From Promethearchaeota archaeon (GTDB taxonomy: Archaea > Asgardarchaeota > Lokiarchaeia > Sigyniarchaeales > SOKP01): a stretch of 64,000 nt of DNA. The DNA lies in the NCBI GenBank assembly GCA_019057795.1, contig JAHLWS010000021.1:40260-104259 (forward strand). The letters are read 5' to 3'. This document shows, one piece after another, positions 1-12,592 of the stretch. A program made the position numbers and the translations under genes. Positions within the stretch are counted from its first letter, which is position 1, and each line of letters starts with the position of its first letter. Below the pieces are notes generated by a model that worked only from the letters and a program-made list of their open reading frames with translations, searched no databases and was not told where the DNA came from.

Positions 1-1350
1 CATGGCTAAAGCGATTTCTGCAATCAATTCTGGTGCTTCAGTTCCAATACAAGATGCTCCAATAATTTTATGTGTTTGCTTATCCGCCAAAATTAAAATA
101 AAGCCTTCTTCTTCACCCATACACTTCGCTTTTCCTAGCGACATATACGAGAATCGTCCCATCATTAATTCGTATCCCAAATCTTTAGCTTGTTTTCTAC
201 GTATACCGACTGAACCAATATTTGGGCTTGTAAAAATGGTTGCTGGAACAACCTTATAATCTGTGGTTCTTTCTTCAACAGGAAATCCACCTAAGCTAGC
301 TAAAGTGTTTGCAACGGCAACATCCCCTTCGTGACTAGCAACATGGGCAAGCATAAGTCCGCCTGTCACGTCACCAATGGCATAGATCCCTTTTACGGAA
401 GTTTCTAAAGTCTTGAGATCTACTTTTATTGATCCTCTAGCAGTTTCGATTCCAAGTTCTTCTAATCCTAAGTTACCCGATTCTTTTGCTCGGCCAATAG
501 ATACTAAGCAATAATCAGCTTCAAAGTAGGACTTTTCGGCAGATTCTACTTGGGCTCTAGGAACAGCTGCTGAACAAGTTGTTGCTTTCACGCCCGTTCC
601 AGTATTTTCAACTGATAAGACGTTTTGAGAGACATGAATTTCGATTCCTAAAGAATTTAATTTCTTTTGTAGCTCTTTCACGATCATCGGCTCTTCGGTT
701 GCGATCGGAGAGGGAAGATATTCTAATATGATAACCTTACTTCCAAAAGCAGAAAATATGTTTGCAAATTCGCATCCTATCACTCCAGCTCCAATAATGA
801 GCAATCGTTTTGGAACAATTCTGAAATCGGGCAAGAGAATATCGTCGCTAGTTAAAATTCTATCGTGATCAATATTGAACGCGGGAATCAGTGCAGGAGA
901 GGAGCCTGTAGCAATTATGACTCTTTTTGCTTTAATAGTTTTCTTTTCTTCTCCTTCTATTGAGATTTCAAAGCCATCGTTAGCATTTCCACCTAAGATT
1001 TTTCCATGTCCCATAAAAACATCGTTCTTCCACGCCTTTTCTAATGCAGCAATTCCGCCAGTTAATTCTGAAACAATTTTATTTTTACGCTCTACAGCTT
1101 TGCTAAAATCTAACTTTATATCACAAGTTACTCCAAGTTCTTCTCCATTTTCTCTTATACGTTGTATAAGTTCTGCAGACGCATATAAAGCTTTAGTAGG
1201 GATACAACCCACATTTAAACAAGTCCCTCCAAGACTCTTTTTCTCTATTAAGGCGACCTTAGCACCATATTGAGCTGCTCTAATGGCTGAGTGATAGCCA
1301 CCGGGTCCACTTCCAATAACCGCTATATCATATAATTCAGTATCCGACAT
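1..1350 (-). CDS. lpdA: Dihydrolipoamide dehydrogenase (E3), 3' end runs off the window
   Basis: Not in the ORF track because it has no stop in the window. Manual translation from ATG 1350 gives MSDTELYDIAVIGSGPGGYHSAIRAAQYGAKVALIEKKSLGGTCLNVGCIPTK, which has the FAD-binding GxGxxG motif and the redox-active CLNVGC motif. Confidence 0.93.
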   Translation of the reverse strand, partial: MSDTELYDIAVIGSGPGGYHSAIRAAQYGAKVALIEKKSLGGTCLNVGCIPTKALYASAELIQRIRENGEELGVTCDIKLDFSKAVERKNKIVSELTGGIAALEKAWKNDVFMGHGKILGGNANDGFEISIEGEEKKTIKAKRVIIATGSSPALIPAFNIDHDRILTSDDILLPDFRIVPKRLLIIGAGVIGCEFANIFSAFGSKVIILEYLPSPIATEEPMIVKELQKKLNSLGIEIHVSQNVLSVENTGTGVKATTCSAAVPRAQVESAEKSYFEADYCLVSIGRAKESGNLGLEELGIETARGSIKVDLKTLETSVKGIYAIGDVTGGLMLAHVASHEGDVAVANTLASLGGFPVEERTTDYKVVPATIFTSPNIGSVGIRRKQAKDLGYELMMGRFSYMSLGKAKCMGEEEGFILILADKQTHKIIGASCIGTEAPELIAEIALAM

Positions 1351-1480
1351 AATTTAGTTTCCGACATCCTTTTTATCAACTTCTTTAATATAAAGTAATA
1401 AATACTATATTTTAATTGATATAAATTATACAAACAATATTAAATTTAATAAATAATAATTCAAATAGCAGTGTTCAAAT

Positions 1481-2908
1481 TTGTTCGTTAAAAATTTATC
1501 GCAATTATCTCCTAAAAGCTTAGACAAACTTACGTTAGAGTTAAGAAAAGTAGGACTTGAAGCTTTGGAAATTGCGATTAAATCAGTTGAGCCGAGCAAT
1601 CTAATCCAGAATAATGTTAAAGTTTTTGATGGTAAATTAAATATTCAAAAGGATAAATTCGATCTCAATAAATATAACAATATTTTTATAATTGGAGGTG
1701 GAAAAGCTTCTGCTCAAATGAGTTTAGCACTCGAAAAAATTTTGAAAAAACAACCTAAGATAAAATACGAAGGATTTATCAACATTCCAGAAGGTCAAAA
1801 AATAAGAGACTACAGTCCTTCGAGCAAAATAAGGATGAATCGTGCTTCCCATCCTATTCCAAACGAAAAGGGTTTAACTGGCACGAAGGAAATGGTGAAA
1901 ATTGTTGAAAATGCCACAAAAAACGATTTAATTATTTGCGTAATTTCAGGTGGAGGTTCCGCCTTATTGCCTTTGCCTAAACAAGGTATAACTCTCGAGG
2001 ATTTACAAAAAGTCAATTCGTTATTATTAGCCTCGGGAGCGTCAATTCACGAAATAAATATTATCCGAAAACATCTATCGGACTTTAAAGGCGGAAATTT
2101 AGCAAAAAAAGTACATAATACTAGTAAAGCAACTTTAATAACGCTAATTATCTCGGATGTAGTAGGAAATAATTTGGATTCTATTGCCTCTGGGCCTACA
2201 GTTCCAGACTTGACAACTTTTAACCAAGCTTATGATGTGTTAAAAAAGTATAATTTAAGCGATAAGATTCCTTCTTCGATAAAAAAAATAATTGAAAAAG
2301 GTTTGAGCGACCTGAGATTAGAAAACCCTAAGGAACACGATGTTTGCTTTAATAATATATTCAATTATTTAATCGGAAGCGTCGATTTAGCTGTTGAAGA
2401 AGTATCAGCAAATCTGAAAGCTTTTAATTATATCATCGACTATTTTACAAATGAAATTGTAGGTGAGGCTGTAGATTTTGGAAAGGATTTACACGAATTA
2501 ATTTCAAAAAAATTAAAACCATATACCAAAAAACCTGGTAAACATAAACTAGCTCTAATTGGCACCGGTGAATTGACAGTTACGATAAAAGGAAAAGGAG
2601 TTGGTGGAAGAAACCAAGAAATGTTATTGAGTTTTCTTGACAATGTAAAAAATAAGGAAATTGATTACAATTTCTTAATTATCGGAGCCAATTTAGATGG
2701 GATTGAGGGGAATAGTAAGGCAATGGGAGCACTTATCGATAATGTTTCACTTAATCAAATAAATAACGAAAAAATTAAGACTAAGAGCTATTTAGAAAAC
2801 AACGACTCCAATAGTTTTTTTAAGCTATTAAAAAGCGAGATAATTACAGGCCCTACCGGTATCAATGTTAACGATTTACTTCTTATTTTGATAGAACTTT
2901 ATGTTTAA
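1481..2908 (+). CDS. Glycerate 2-kinase (MOFRL / DUF4147 family)
   Basis: Motifs IGGGKAS, ASHPIP, ISGGGSALL, RKHLS..KGG, SDVVG...IASGPT, GGRNQE and C-terminal TGPTGINVNDL. Confidence 0.9.
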   Translation: MFVKNLSQLSPKSLDKLTLELRKVGLEALEIAIKSVEPSNLIQNNVKVFDGKLNIQKDKFDLNKYNNIFIIGGGKASAQMSLALEKILKKQPKIKYEGFINIPEGQKIRDYSPSSKIRMNRASHPIPNEKGLTGTKEMVKIVENATKNDLIICVISGGGSALLPLPKQGITLEDLQKVNSLLLASGASIHEINIIRKHLSDFKGGNLAKKVHNTSKATLITLIISDVVGNNLDSIASGPTVPDLTTFNQAYDVLKKYNLSDKIPSSIKKIIEKGLSDLRLENPKEHDVCFNNIFNYLIGSVDLAVEEVSANLKAFNYIIDYFTNEIVGEAVDFGKDLHELISKKLKPYTKKPGKHKLALIGTGELTVTIKGKGVGGRNQEMLLSFLDNVKNKEIDYNFLIIGANLDGIEGNSKAMGALIDNVSLNQINNEKIKTKSYLENNDSNSFFKLLKSEIITGPTGINVNDLLLILIELYV

Positions 2909-3328
2909 CGTTTCGTTTAATATGGTTGCTTCTGGACCTACGATGATTCCCTTCTCTACTTTCTTAATTTCATATTTCTCCAAAGTTCTCCAAACCTATT
3001 GGGGTAAATACTCCGGCAAGAACTCAAAAAGCTCCAGCCCAGATCGCTCGAAAAGAAAGCGGTTCTAAAGCGGTGCTATCCTCCGTAAAAAAAGTTAAGC
3101 GAGTTAAACAGGAAGGTTCGGGTTCGATACCACCAATAGAAAACTTTCGAGAGTTTAAGCTGTGGACTTTAAAAAAATTATTCTATGGAATAAGTACAAG
3201 TAAGAAAAAGCGTAAAAATTGTGGGTTATATGATGGAAATGCTTATAATTGCTTCCATGTGCATGATATTTATATAATAAAATTATTACTTTATTAATAG
3301 AAGTATTAAATTATAATCCTTTAATTTC

Positions 3329-4638
3329 ATGAAGGAATTTCAAATTAATAGATTTTTAAAGTTACGGTTAGAGAACGGTAAAACAAGTATTTACATAAAA
3401 GATCAATTATTTAGACAGTGTAAATTTTTACTAATTAATATTGACCCTAATAATGCTTCTAATTTTGAAGGAGTAACTTCTATAGACGAAGCAGAAGAAA
3501 TATTAGATGCAACTTCTATAGACAAAGCAGAAAAAATATTAGATCAATCATTAGAAGAAAAAGGATTAGAAGAATATGAAATACGGCCAGAAGAGGAGTT
3601 TTGGGCACATTGTTCTAACTTGGATGCGTGGGCAAAGCATAAATACGATACGCGATTGCTACATAGAACTCTGGCGTTTCCTCTTTTAAAGGTATTAACT
3701 GAAGCAGGAGATCAAATAGCAAAAGCAGTATTTAAAGAAGAAATTATAAAGAGATTCGAAGGCGGTCATCCAAAGGTTGTTCGCTATCTAATTAGAGAAG
3801 GTTACATAAATGAATATGCCAAAAATGAACTAATAGAAGCTTTCTTGGAAAGTGAGGATGTATCTAATCTAAAAAACTGCAAACTCTTTGTAAAACGGAT
3901 ATGAAAATCGCGGAAGAGTTTGACCTTTTTATGCAACCCGACATTCCACAATATTCACTTGAATTTGATAAAAAAAAGCTTTCTGGATTGAATTTAAGAT
4001 TAAATAACTTAAAGCAGTTTCCGCAAGAAACAACACAATTCGTCTCTCTTAAAAAACTTTTCTTAGATGATAACATGTTACGATCCATTCCAAATGAGAT
4101 TTGGCAATTAAAGAATCTACGAGAATTGAGTTTATCAGGTAATTTACTAGAAGTGCTTCCTTCTGAGATTAGTTCCCTAAAATCTCTTGAATCTCTCTCT
4201 TTGGACGTTAATAAATTTAAAATATTTCCAGAGGCCATAATGGAATTAAATAATCTTAAATATTTAGGTTTAGGAATGAATCAAATCCGTGATATTCCTG
4301 AATCAATCGAAAACTTAAGAAATTTAAAAATTTTAGCATTAAATCGTAATCGTATCTCTAGATTGCCTGAGACTTTTGGGAAATTAAAATCTCTTGAGTT
4401 TTTAAGCTTGGATAACAATAAAATAGGTTATATCCCCGAATCACTTGGTAAATTAAATTCCTTAAAAGAACTTGAGGTTCGATCTAACAATTTGGCTTCT
4501 CTTCCAGAATTTTTATTTAAACTCAAGTACTTTAAAAAGTTAGATATATCAGACAATAATATTTATCATATCCCAAACCTAAAAAAAAAGATTAATTCTT
4601 TAGAAGTGTTTAATTATGATAAAAAAAAATTAAGTTGA
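3329..4638 (+). pseudogene. Leucine-rich-repeat protein split into two ORFs (3329-3904 and 3901-4638) by an apparent frameshift at the A6 run 3871-3876
   Basis: The second ORF is a run of LxxLxLxxNxLxxLP repeats. Its frame is open from 3868, so one extra A in the run joins the two (..SNLKKLQTLCKTDMKIAEEF..). This could be a sequencing error, a real frameshift or two coupled genes. Confidence 0.65.
3475..3544 (+). repeat. 36-nt in-frame tandem duplication inside the N-terminal part of the LRR gene
   Basis: aacttctatagacgaagcagaagaaatattagat is followed by aacttctatagacaaagcagaaaaaatattagat (TSIDEAEEILD / TSIDKAEKILD). Confidence 0.85.
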
Positions 4639-4644
4639 ATTACC

Positions 4645-4809
4645 ATACCTAAAATTGAAGACTCAGTAATAACATGCCCAGTTTGCGGATTTACTTTTAG
4701 AAACCGCGATCCCTTCGCAAAAAATAGGGATATAATTTGCCCAATGTGTGGATTTAAGTTTAAGGAACCAAGTTTTTTCCCTAAAAGAATAAACGGGTTT
4801 TCAGTTTAA
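4645..4809 (+). CDS. Small zinc-ribbon protein (two CPxCG motifs); no ATG/GTG/TTG start upstream of the first motif
   Basis: Manual translation: IPKIEDSVITCPVCGFTFRNRDPFAKNRDIICPMCGFKFKEPSFFPKRINGFSV*. The start is uncertain (ATA 4645 or ATT 4639). Confidence 0.6.
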   Translation: MPKIEDSVITCPVCGFTFRNRDPFAKNRDIICPMCGFKFKEPSFFPKRINGFSV

Positions 4810-4967
4810 CGCATTAAATGACTTTTTATTAAATTCATGTTTTAGTTAAAAAATCTTTTTTAACTATCGTGAGAATATTTATTCTATAAAAATATATTAA
4901 TTATTATTCCATAGATATTTATGGAACTATAATATTAACAGAAATGTAAAAATTGTGGTAATCTAAC

Positions 4968-7133
<2,166 letters not shown>

Positions 7134-7291
7134 TCATTAAAACTAAAATTATTTTTTTTTATATTTATATTTTTAAATTATCATAATCATTTAATAAACT
7201 AGAAAAAACTTCTATATTTAAGACTAATAGATTATGTATTGATTTTGTACAGAATAAAATTTATAAATTTTAAAATTTAGAGATAAAACAC

Positions 7292-8962
7292 ATGTCGGTC
7301 AATAAACAATTTAACTTAGATTGGATGTTTGAATGTCCTGATGCTGTTTTAACTTGTTCGACCCTTGAATGTGGAGACGACACGTATTTAGTATTTGGAG
7401 GCCATGATAAGACTCTATACTTAATGAACGAAGAATTAAACATCCTCGATAGTATTATGTTTGATGGGTGGGTAAGAACTACTTTCCCTATAGATATTAC
7501 TAAAGACGGATGCCAAGAAGTATTAGTAGGAGCAGGAGACGGTAATTTTTTAGTAGTAAAATTCGTAAAGGGGATAAATAAGCTAGCAGGGATTATGAAT
7601 TATAAATCTAAGGGTAAAGTATTATGTGTCACGGCGGGTGATTTCACTAGAGATGGAAATATTGAATTGATTCACGGTAGCGAAGATAAAACTTTAAAGA
7701 TATTCGAAAACATTGATTCCACTGAACCTAAGTATGTATTTTATTACGACTCGTGGGTAACTGCTTGCGTATTAGGATATTTAAAACTGTTAAATGTGAA
7801 TAAACCTATTTACGGATTATTAATTGGTACTAAAAACGGTATGCTTCAATTAATCCAGTTTAAAGAAGGCAAACCAGATATTATTTGGCAAAAAGACTTA
7901 GGCTCTCAAATTAATACAATTGAAGTGGGCGATGTAAAAAATGACGGTTTCAACGAAATAGTAGTAGGTACAGACGCATCTCAATTAATAATATTTAATA
8001 GCGAAGGCGATGAGTTAAAGTCTATAACTCTTGAAGAAGGGCGACCTATATCTTTAAAATTAGTTGATATTGACGGTGATAACGCAAAAGAAATTATTGT
8101 AGGATGTGCAGATGGCACTCTTCGAATATATCACAACACAAATCTAAATTCAATAGATCTAGAGCTGAAATGGAAAGCTTCAGCAGAAAACTCAATAAAA
8201 ATCGTATCTACTATGAAGGATCCTAAAGAAGATTTAACGCGCATTATAGTTGGAGGATACGATCGAAGTATTAGGTGCATCTGCGATCTCGAATGGGGCA
8301 AAAAACCACCACTTGAAATTCCAAACAACATTGTAGAAACTCAACCGACAGAAGCGGAAGCAAAAGTGGAAAAAACTATCAAATTTGAGACAATTCCGAC
8401 AAACATCAGAGAATACATTTTCAAATATTTAATAGATAATAAGATTATATTAAGTATTGCAAATGAATTAGAGAAAAAAGGATATCTCACTGATAGCGTT
8501 GTCGAAGAATTCCAACGTATGATCTCAGAAAAATCTGATTCTTACGAAAAAATTACATATTCAGTTTGGACACTACCAGAGGATAAGATAGGTTTAGGCG
8601 TTGCGGTCGGAACTCCCGCCAAAAAAGGTAAGAAATTAAAACCTGTAGTGATAGAGCAAGAGATACCCTCACAAAAAGGAGGAGCGCTAATCGACGCGTT
8701 AAAAAAAGAGCCTCAAAAAACAAAGGGAAAAGGAAAGAAGGTTCCAAAAGAGACTATAACGGAAGTGAATATAAGAACAATAATTATTACACATTTAGAA
8801 AAACAGAAATTAATTCGGTCAAAAACAAAACTGGTCGACGATTTGGTCATTTTAGGATACGAGAGAGCAGTAGTGGAAAAACAAATCGATAAATTAAGGA
8901 TGGAAGGCGTTCTTGTGTACTCGCGTTCAGAACCTAAAGGTTGGAGTTTAGGTGCCGTTTAA
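7292..8962 (+). CDS. FG-GAP/VCBS-type beta-propeller protein with probable C-terminal winged-helix-like domain(s)
   Basis: Repeats DITKDGCQEVLVG, DFTRDGNIELIHG, DVKNDGFNEIVVG, DIDGDNAKEIIVG. No signal peptide is evident. The C-terminus IDKLRMEGVLVYSRSEPKGWSL looks wHTH-like. Confidence 0.7.
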   Translation: MSVNKQFNLDWMFECPDAVLTCSTLECGDDTYLVFGGHDKTLYLMNEELNILDSIMFDGWVRTTFPIDITKDGCQEVLVGAGDGNFLVVKFVKGINKLAGIMNYKSKGKVLCVTAGDFTRDGNIELIHGSEDKTLKIFENIDSTEPKYVFYYDSWVTACVLGYLKLLNVNKPIYGLLIGTKNGMLQLIQFKEGKPDIIWQKDLGSQINTIEVGDVKNDGFNEIVVGTDASQLIIFNSEGDELKSITLEEGRPISLKLVDIDGDNAKEIIVGCADGTLRIYHNTNLNSIDLELKWKASAENSIKIVSTMKDPKEDLTRIIVGGYDRSIRCICDLEWGKKPPLEIPNNIVETQPTEAEAKVEKTIKFETIPTNIREYIFKYLIDNKIILSIANELEKKGYLTDSVVEEFQRMISEKSDSYEKITYSVWTLPEDKIGLGVAVGTPAKKGKKLKPVVIEQEIPSQKGGALIDALKKEPQKTKGKGKKVPKETITEVNIRTIIITHLEKQKLIRSKTKLVDDLVILGYERAVVEKQIDKLRMEGVLVYSRSEPKGWSLGAV

Positions 8963-8969
8963 ATTCGTA

Positions 8970-9407
8970 TTATGTATATGGAAACTCTTTGATTTCGTTT
9001 TGGAAAGGTGCAAATTGATTCAATTCTGAAAAGTCTTTATTGTTATATCTAGAAACAAAGAGTAGTGAAATAGGTTCGATTTTTTGTAGAAATTTCTTAA
9101 CAAACTTATCCGTATCTTTTTTCTTTTTATCTATTAAACAATACAAAATGATAGGCTCTTTCTCATCAGAATCTGAAGGTAATATGTCAAATGCTTTGAA
9201 GATAAATAAAATATTATTAGACTCTAAATATTCTAAACTTAAGTTGTTAAACGCATTCTTAACAAATATATTAATCGCCGATATAAAAGCTCCCCTTAAA
9301 TCTTTATTAGGATTCTTAAGATTATCTTTTTTTTCAATGTTTTTAAACACATGGCTAACTAAAACAAAACCTCGGAATACAATTCCGATTTCATACAGTT
9401 CTTTCAT
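8970..9407 (-). CDS. Longin-like domain protein
   Basis: Pattern of a beta-hairpin (YEIGIVFRGFVLVSHVF), a helix (DLRGAFISAINIFVKNAF), further strands and a C-terminal helix, typical of Asgard longin-like proteins. Confidence 0.6.
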   Translation of the reverse strand: MKELYEIGIVFRGFVLVSHVFKNIEKKDNLKNPNKDLRGAFISAINIFVKNAFNNLSLEYLESNNILFIFKAFDILPSDSDEKEPIILYCLIDKKKKDTDKFVKKFLQKIEPISLLFVSRYNNKDFSELNQFAPFQNEIKEFPYT

Positions 9408-9516
9408 ATTATAACTTATTTATTTGAAGTTAAAACTCTATAAACTATAAACTTAATAATAATATTCATATTTATTATTACACAAAAAAATCACTTAAAT
9501 CACTTAGGTTACGCAA

Positions 9517-9714
9517 TTGAAAAAAGCATGTAAATGGTATCAATGTTGCCCGATTAAATATTTTGTAGATCACGGAATGCTTGAAAAAGAATGGGTTGAA
9601 GATTACTGTTTAATAGGAAATAAGAAGTGTATTAGATATCAGAAAGAAGAGAGTGGGGAATTCCACCCCGATAATTTACTTCCTAATGGAGAGATTCGAC
9701 AAGAATTAAAATAA
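9517..9714 (+). CDS. Small Cys-rich conserved hypothetical protein
   Basis: CKWYQCCP...YC...C.RY...HPDNLLPNG pattern, probably metal binding. Confidence 0.6.
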   Translation: MKKACKWYQCCPIKYFVDHGMLEKEWVEDYCLIGNKKCIRYQKEESGEFHPDNLLPNGEIRQELK

Positions 9715-10395
9715 ATAACTATTACCAACACATATATCATTAAATTGGTCAGAAAATCTTTGCTTTATTTCCCTAATTCTTTGCGTACAGTGGCAAGCTC
9801 CTATGAATTCAACTCCTTCTAGAAAAGAAAAATTCCGAAATCCATGGAATCCCCCTATAACGGCTTTAATTTTATTCGATATCGTTTGACCCTTTAAAAT
9901 AAATGCTTCTAAACCCGGATGAGCGCAACCTGAGATTATTATTAAATCGTTTTTTTCTGTTTTTAAAAATAAAGATTGCTCCGTTAATCTACCTCCAAAT
10001 TGACCAGATGAAAAAATATTCTTGTCAACCTCAATCATCTCAGAGATACCTTGAACTTGAGCTTCGGGGTAAGTCCTTATAAAAGATTTTATATCGTGGA
10101 GTGGCACATAAATTTCAATATCATGATTTATTTGATAAATTTCTTTTAGACTCCCTGTGTGGTCGAAATGGTTATGTGAAATTATAACTTTTTTTATTTC
10201 TGAAACTTTAACATTAAACTTGTTTATGTTGTGAATTAGAATATCCCCCTTGCTTCCTGTATCAAACAATAAGTGGGTTTTTGAGAGGTTATTATAAATT
10301 AAGGTTGAGAAACCAAAATCTGTTAAAAAACCCGGTTGTGCAGCACAGATGTCGTCATAAACAATTTTAATTTCAAAGGAAAAGTCAGATTTCAT
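9706..10395 (-). CDS. MBL-fold metallo-hydrolase
   Basis: Motifs LLFDTG, SHNHFDHTG, SGCAHPG, GGFH and CHCT. Confidence 0.85.
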   Translation of the reverse strand: MKSDFSFEIKIVYDDICAAQPGFLTDFGFSTLIYNNLSKTHLLFDTGSKGDILIHNINKFNVKVSEIKKVIISHNHFDHTGSLKEIYQINHDIEIYVPLHDIKSFIRTYPEAQVQGISEMIEVDKNIFSSGQFGGRLTEQSLFLKTEKNDLIIISGCAHPGLEAFILKGQTISNKIKAVIGGFHGFRNFSFLEGVEFIGACHCTQRIREIKQRFSDQFNDICVGNSYLF

Positions 10396-10645
10396 ACTTT
10401 TAAAAAGACTTTACCCATTATTAACTATTAGTTTTTGGATAAATATCTTATTGTGATTTTTTCCTTAAAATAATAGCTTCTTCAGGATATAGTTATTGAA
10501 CTATATCTAATCCTTTCATCGGTTTTCGAGATCGCAGAGGAACTCGTTTGAAAATTATGGTTAAATCAAGTTTAAAAAGAAGCAAACAATATTATAAAAC
10601 ATTACTTTAACTATTGAAAAAAAAATGTAAAATTGCTCGAAGCGA

Positions 10646-11080
10646 GTGAAAATGACGCCATTTTGTCCAAATCCGGAGTGTGAAGCTGAAATTGAAGAAA
10701 ATTGGAATAGATGTCCGGAGTGTGAATGTGATTTAAATCTTAATGGTCAACAGTTAGATGAAAAATCTCAACAATCAGATGAAAATACTCAATATACTCT
10801 ATTACCCCCGAAAACCTCTCAACTTCCAACATACACATACAAACCGCCACCTAAAAGTTCTAATGGATTTGGCACTCTTTCATTGATATTAGCGATAATA
10901 GGATGCTTCTGTTTTGCGTATGTCTTTGGCCCTATTGCTATGATTCTAGGAGGTATTGGGATAAGTAAGGATGACAGCCCAAGCAGGGCTAAAGCGGGGT
11001 TAGTATTCGGGATTTTTGTTTTATGCTTTGGTATTATTTCTTTGATTTTCTCTATTCCGTTTTTAATATTTTCTTTTTAA
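10646..11080 (+). CDS. Zinc-ribbon plus DUF4190-like membrane protein
   Basis: N-terminal CPNPEC...CPEC, a Pro/Gln linker, then hydrophobic helices (FGTLSLILAIIG.., GPIAMILGGIG, AKAGLVFG). Confidence 0.7.
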   Translation: MKMTPFCPNPECEAEIEENWNRCPECECDLNLNGQQLDEKSQQSDENTQYTLLPPKTSQLPTYTYKPPPKSSNGFGTLSLILAIIGCFCFAYVFGPIAMILGGIGISKDDSPSRAKAGLVFGIFVLCFGIISLIFSIPFLIFSF

Positions 11081-11116
11081 TTAAGTGTGATATTCTTTTT
11101 GGGAATATTCCTTTTG

Positions 11117-11139
11117 AGAAAATCTCAGCGAGATTTTCT
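11117..11139. terminator. Inverted repeat between convergent genes (possible terminator)
   Basis: agaaaatctc-agc-gagattttct forms a 10-bp perfect stem. Confidence 0.4.
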
Positions 11140-11151
11140 GGAGATATCCTC

Positions 11152-11958
11152 TTAGATACGATGTTTCCTTAAAGTAATTGCTTCTTCAGGACATTTAGAA
11201 ACGCAAACTCCACAACCAAAGCATAAATCGGGGGAAAATGTTAATTTTTCGTTAAGGAGTTTTCGTGCGCCAAAGTAACACCATTGTTCGCATGATCCAC
11301 AATTATTGCACTTGTTTGGGTCGCTATAGGCTATAAAATCGCTTTTAATCATTTGAGGTGAGCCACTTTTTAAGAACTTATTCATAACTACACAGCAACA
11401 CGGACAACAATTGCATACCACATAATAAAATTCGGGATTAGGGAAATATATAATTTGGTGGACAAGTCCTCTCTGATCGCATTCTTCTAGAAGCTGTTTG
11501 ATTTCTTCCTTTGTAACTTTTTCCAAATTTTCGGATTTATAGGGAATCTCGTGTAAAGAATTTCCAAACCCGATATGGATACAAGTTTTAATAGGATGGT
11601 CGCAATTAGGCAAATCTGAATGTTTTCGTTGCGTTTCTCTACAGTAACAATTTCCTATTCCAACAACATTAGATCTACTTAAAAGCTCTAAAATTTCTTG
11701 AGAAGGAAGAAACTTAGTGCCAACCTCAAAGTTTACATTCAATGGAACGACCTTTCCGCCCCATCTTTTCTTAAAGACATACCTATTTACTATATTGATG
11801 GTGCTAACGTTAAACTTATTATCGAGAAATCTGAAAATTTCTAATATTAACAACTCAAAAAGTCCAAAAATTGACGATAGAATTTTGCCTATTAATGGTA
11901 CCCTCTTTAAGAGCCTATCAAATTTCGCATGAAATAACCGATAAGGAAAGACTGTCAT
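11152..11958 (-). CDS. 4Fe-4S ferredoxin-domain protein
   Basis: CYCR, CNCCPCCC and two C-terminal CxxCxxCxxxC motifs. Confidence 0.85.
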   Translation of the reverse strand: MTVFPYRLFHAKFDRLLKRVPLIGKILSSIFGLFELLILEIFRFLDNKFNVSTINIVNRYVFKKRWGGKVVPLNVNFEVGTKFLPSQEILELLSRSNVVGIGNCYCRETQRKHSDLPNCDHPIKTCIHIGFGNSLHEIPYKSENLEKVTKEEIKQLLEECDQRGLVHQIIYFPNPEFYYVVCNCCPCCCVVMNKFLKSGSPQMIKSDFIAYSDPNKCNNCGSCEQWCYFGARKLLNEKLTFSPDLCFGCGVCVSKCPEEAITLRKHRI

Positions 11959-12060
11959 GAAAGCAAATAAAAACTATTTTTAATCAATTCAATTATTATT
12001 CATTAAAGATTTATATTTATCATTATTTAAATGATATTATCAATAATTGAGTGATACATT

Positions 12061-12576
12061 ATGAAAGATAAAGATAAGAAAGATGAGATTTTAAATAAAG
12101 CATTTGAGTTGGGGAAAAAGTACGAGCAAGAATGTACTGGGTGCGCTCAAACGGCTGTTGCGGCGATTTTTGAATCGTTAGGTATCTGGAACGAAGATGT
12201 TTTTAGAGCTGCTAGCGGTTTAGCCGATGGTTTGGGGTTAACAGGCAATGGTTCTTGTGGAGCGCTTGTTGGATCTTCTATGGTAATAGGGTATCTCTTC
12301 GGAAGGAGTCGGGAAGATTTTAAAGATATGTATAAACCCATGAAATCTTACACGCTTGTTAAAAAGTTACACGATAAATATGTTAAGCAATACGGTTCTT
12401 GTCGTTGTTTCGATGTTCAAGAAAAAACGATGGGTAGGACATTCAATTTATGGAATGCTGACGAAATGAAAGAAGCGTTTAAGGCGGGTATGATGGATAA
12501 TTGCTCTACTATCGTTGGAAATGTAGCTAAGCTTGCTACAAAAATCATATTAAATGGTGGATTTAAACCTAAATAA
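12061..12576 (+). CDS. C_GCAxxG_C_C family putative redox protein
   Basis: GCAQ, SCGALVG, GSCRC and a terminal Cys. Confidence 0.85.
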   Translation: MKDKDKKDEILNKAFELGKKYEQECTGCAQTAVAAIFESLGIWNEDVFRAASGLADGLGLTGNGSCGALVGSSMVIGYLFGRSREDFKDMYKPMKSYTLVKKLHDKYVKQYGSCRCFDVQEKTMGRTFNLWNADEMKEAFKAGMMDNCSTIVGNVAKLATKIILNGGFKPK

Positions 12577-12592
12577 TAAATTGGAGTGTTTT

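Noticed and set aside
2-1273. Plus-strand ORFs 2-259 and 875-1273
   Set aside because: They are antisense shadows of lpdA on the minus strand.
3073-3297. 74-aa plus-strand ORF, and a tRNA-like ggttcgatacc motif near 3121
   Set aside because: The ORF has no recognisable motif, and no cloverleaf (D-arm, anticodon arm) could be built.
10440-10560. Possible decayed gene fragment on the minus strand (..RVPLRSRKPMKGLDIVQ*LYPEEAIILRKK..)
   Set aside because: Too short and interrupted to assign without a search.
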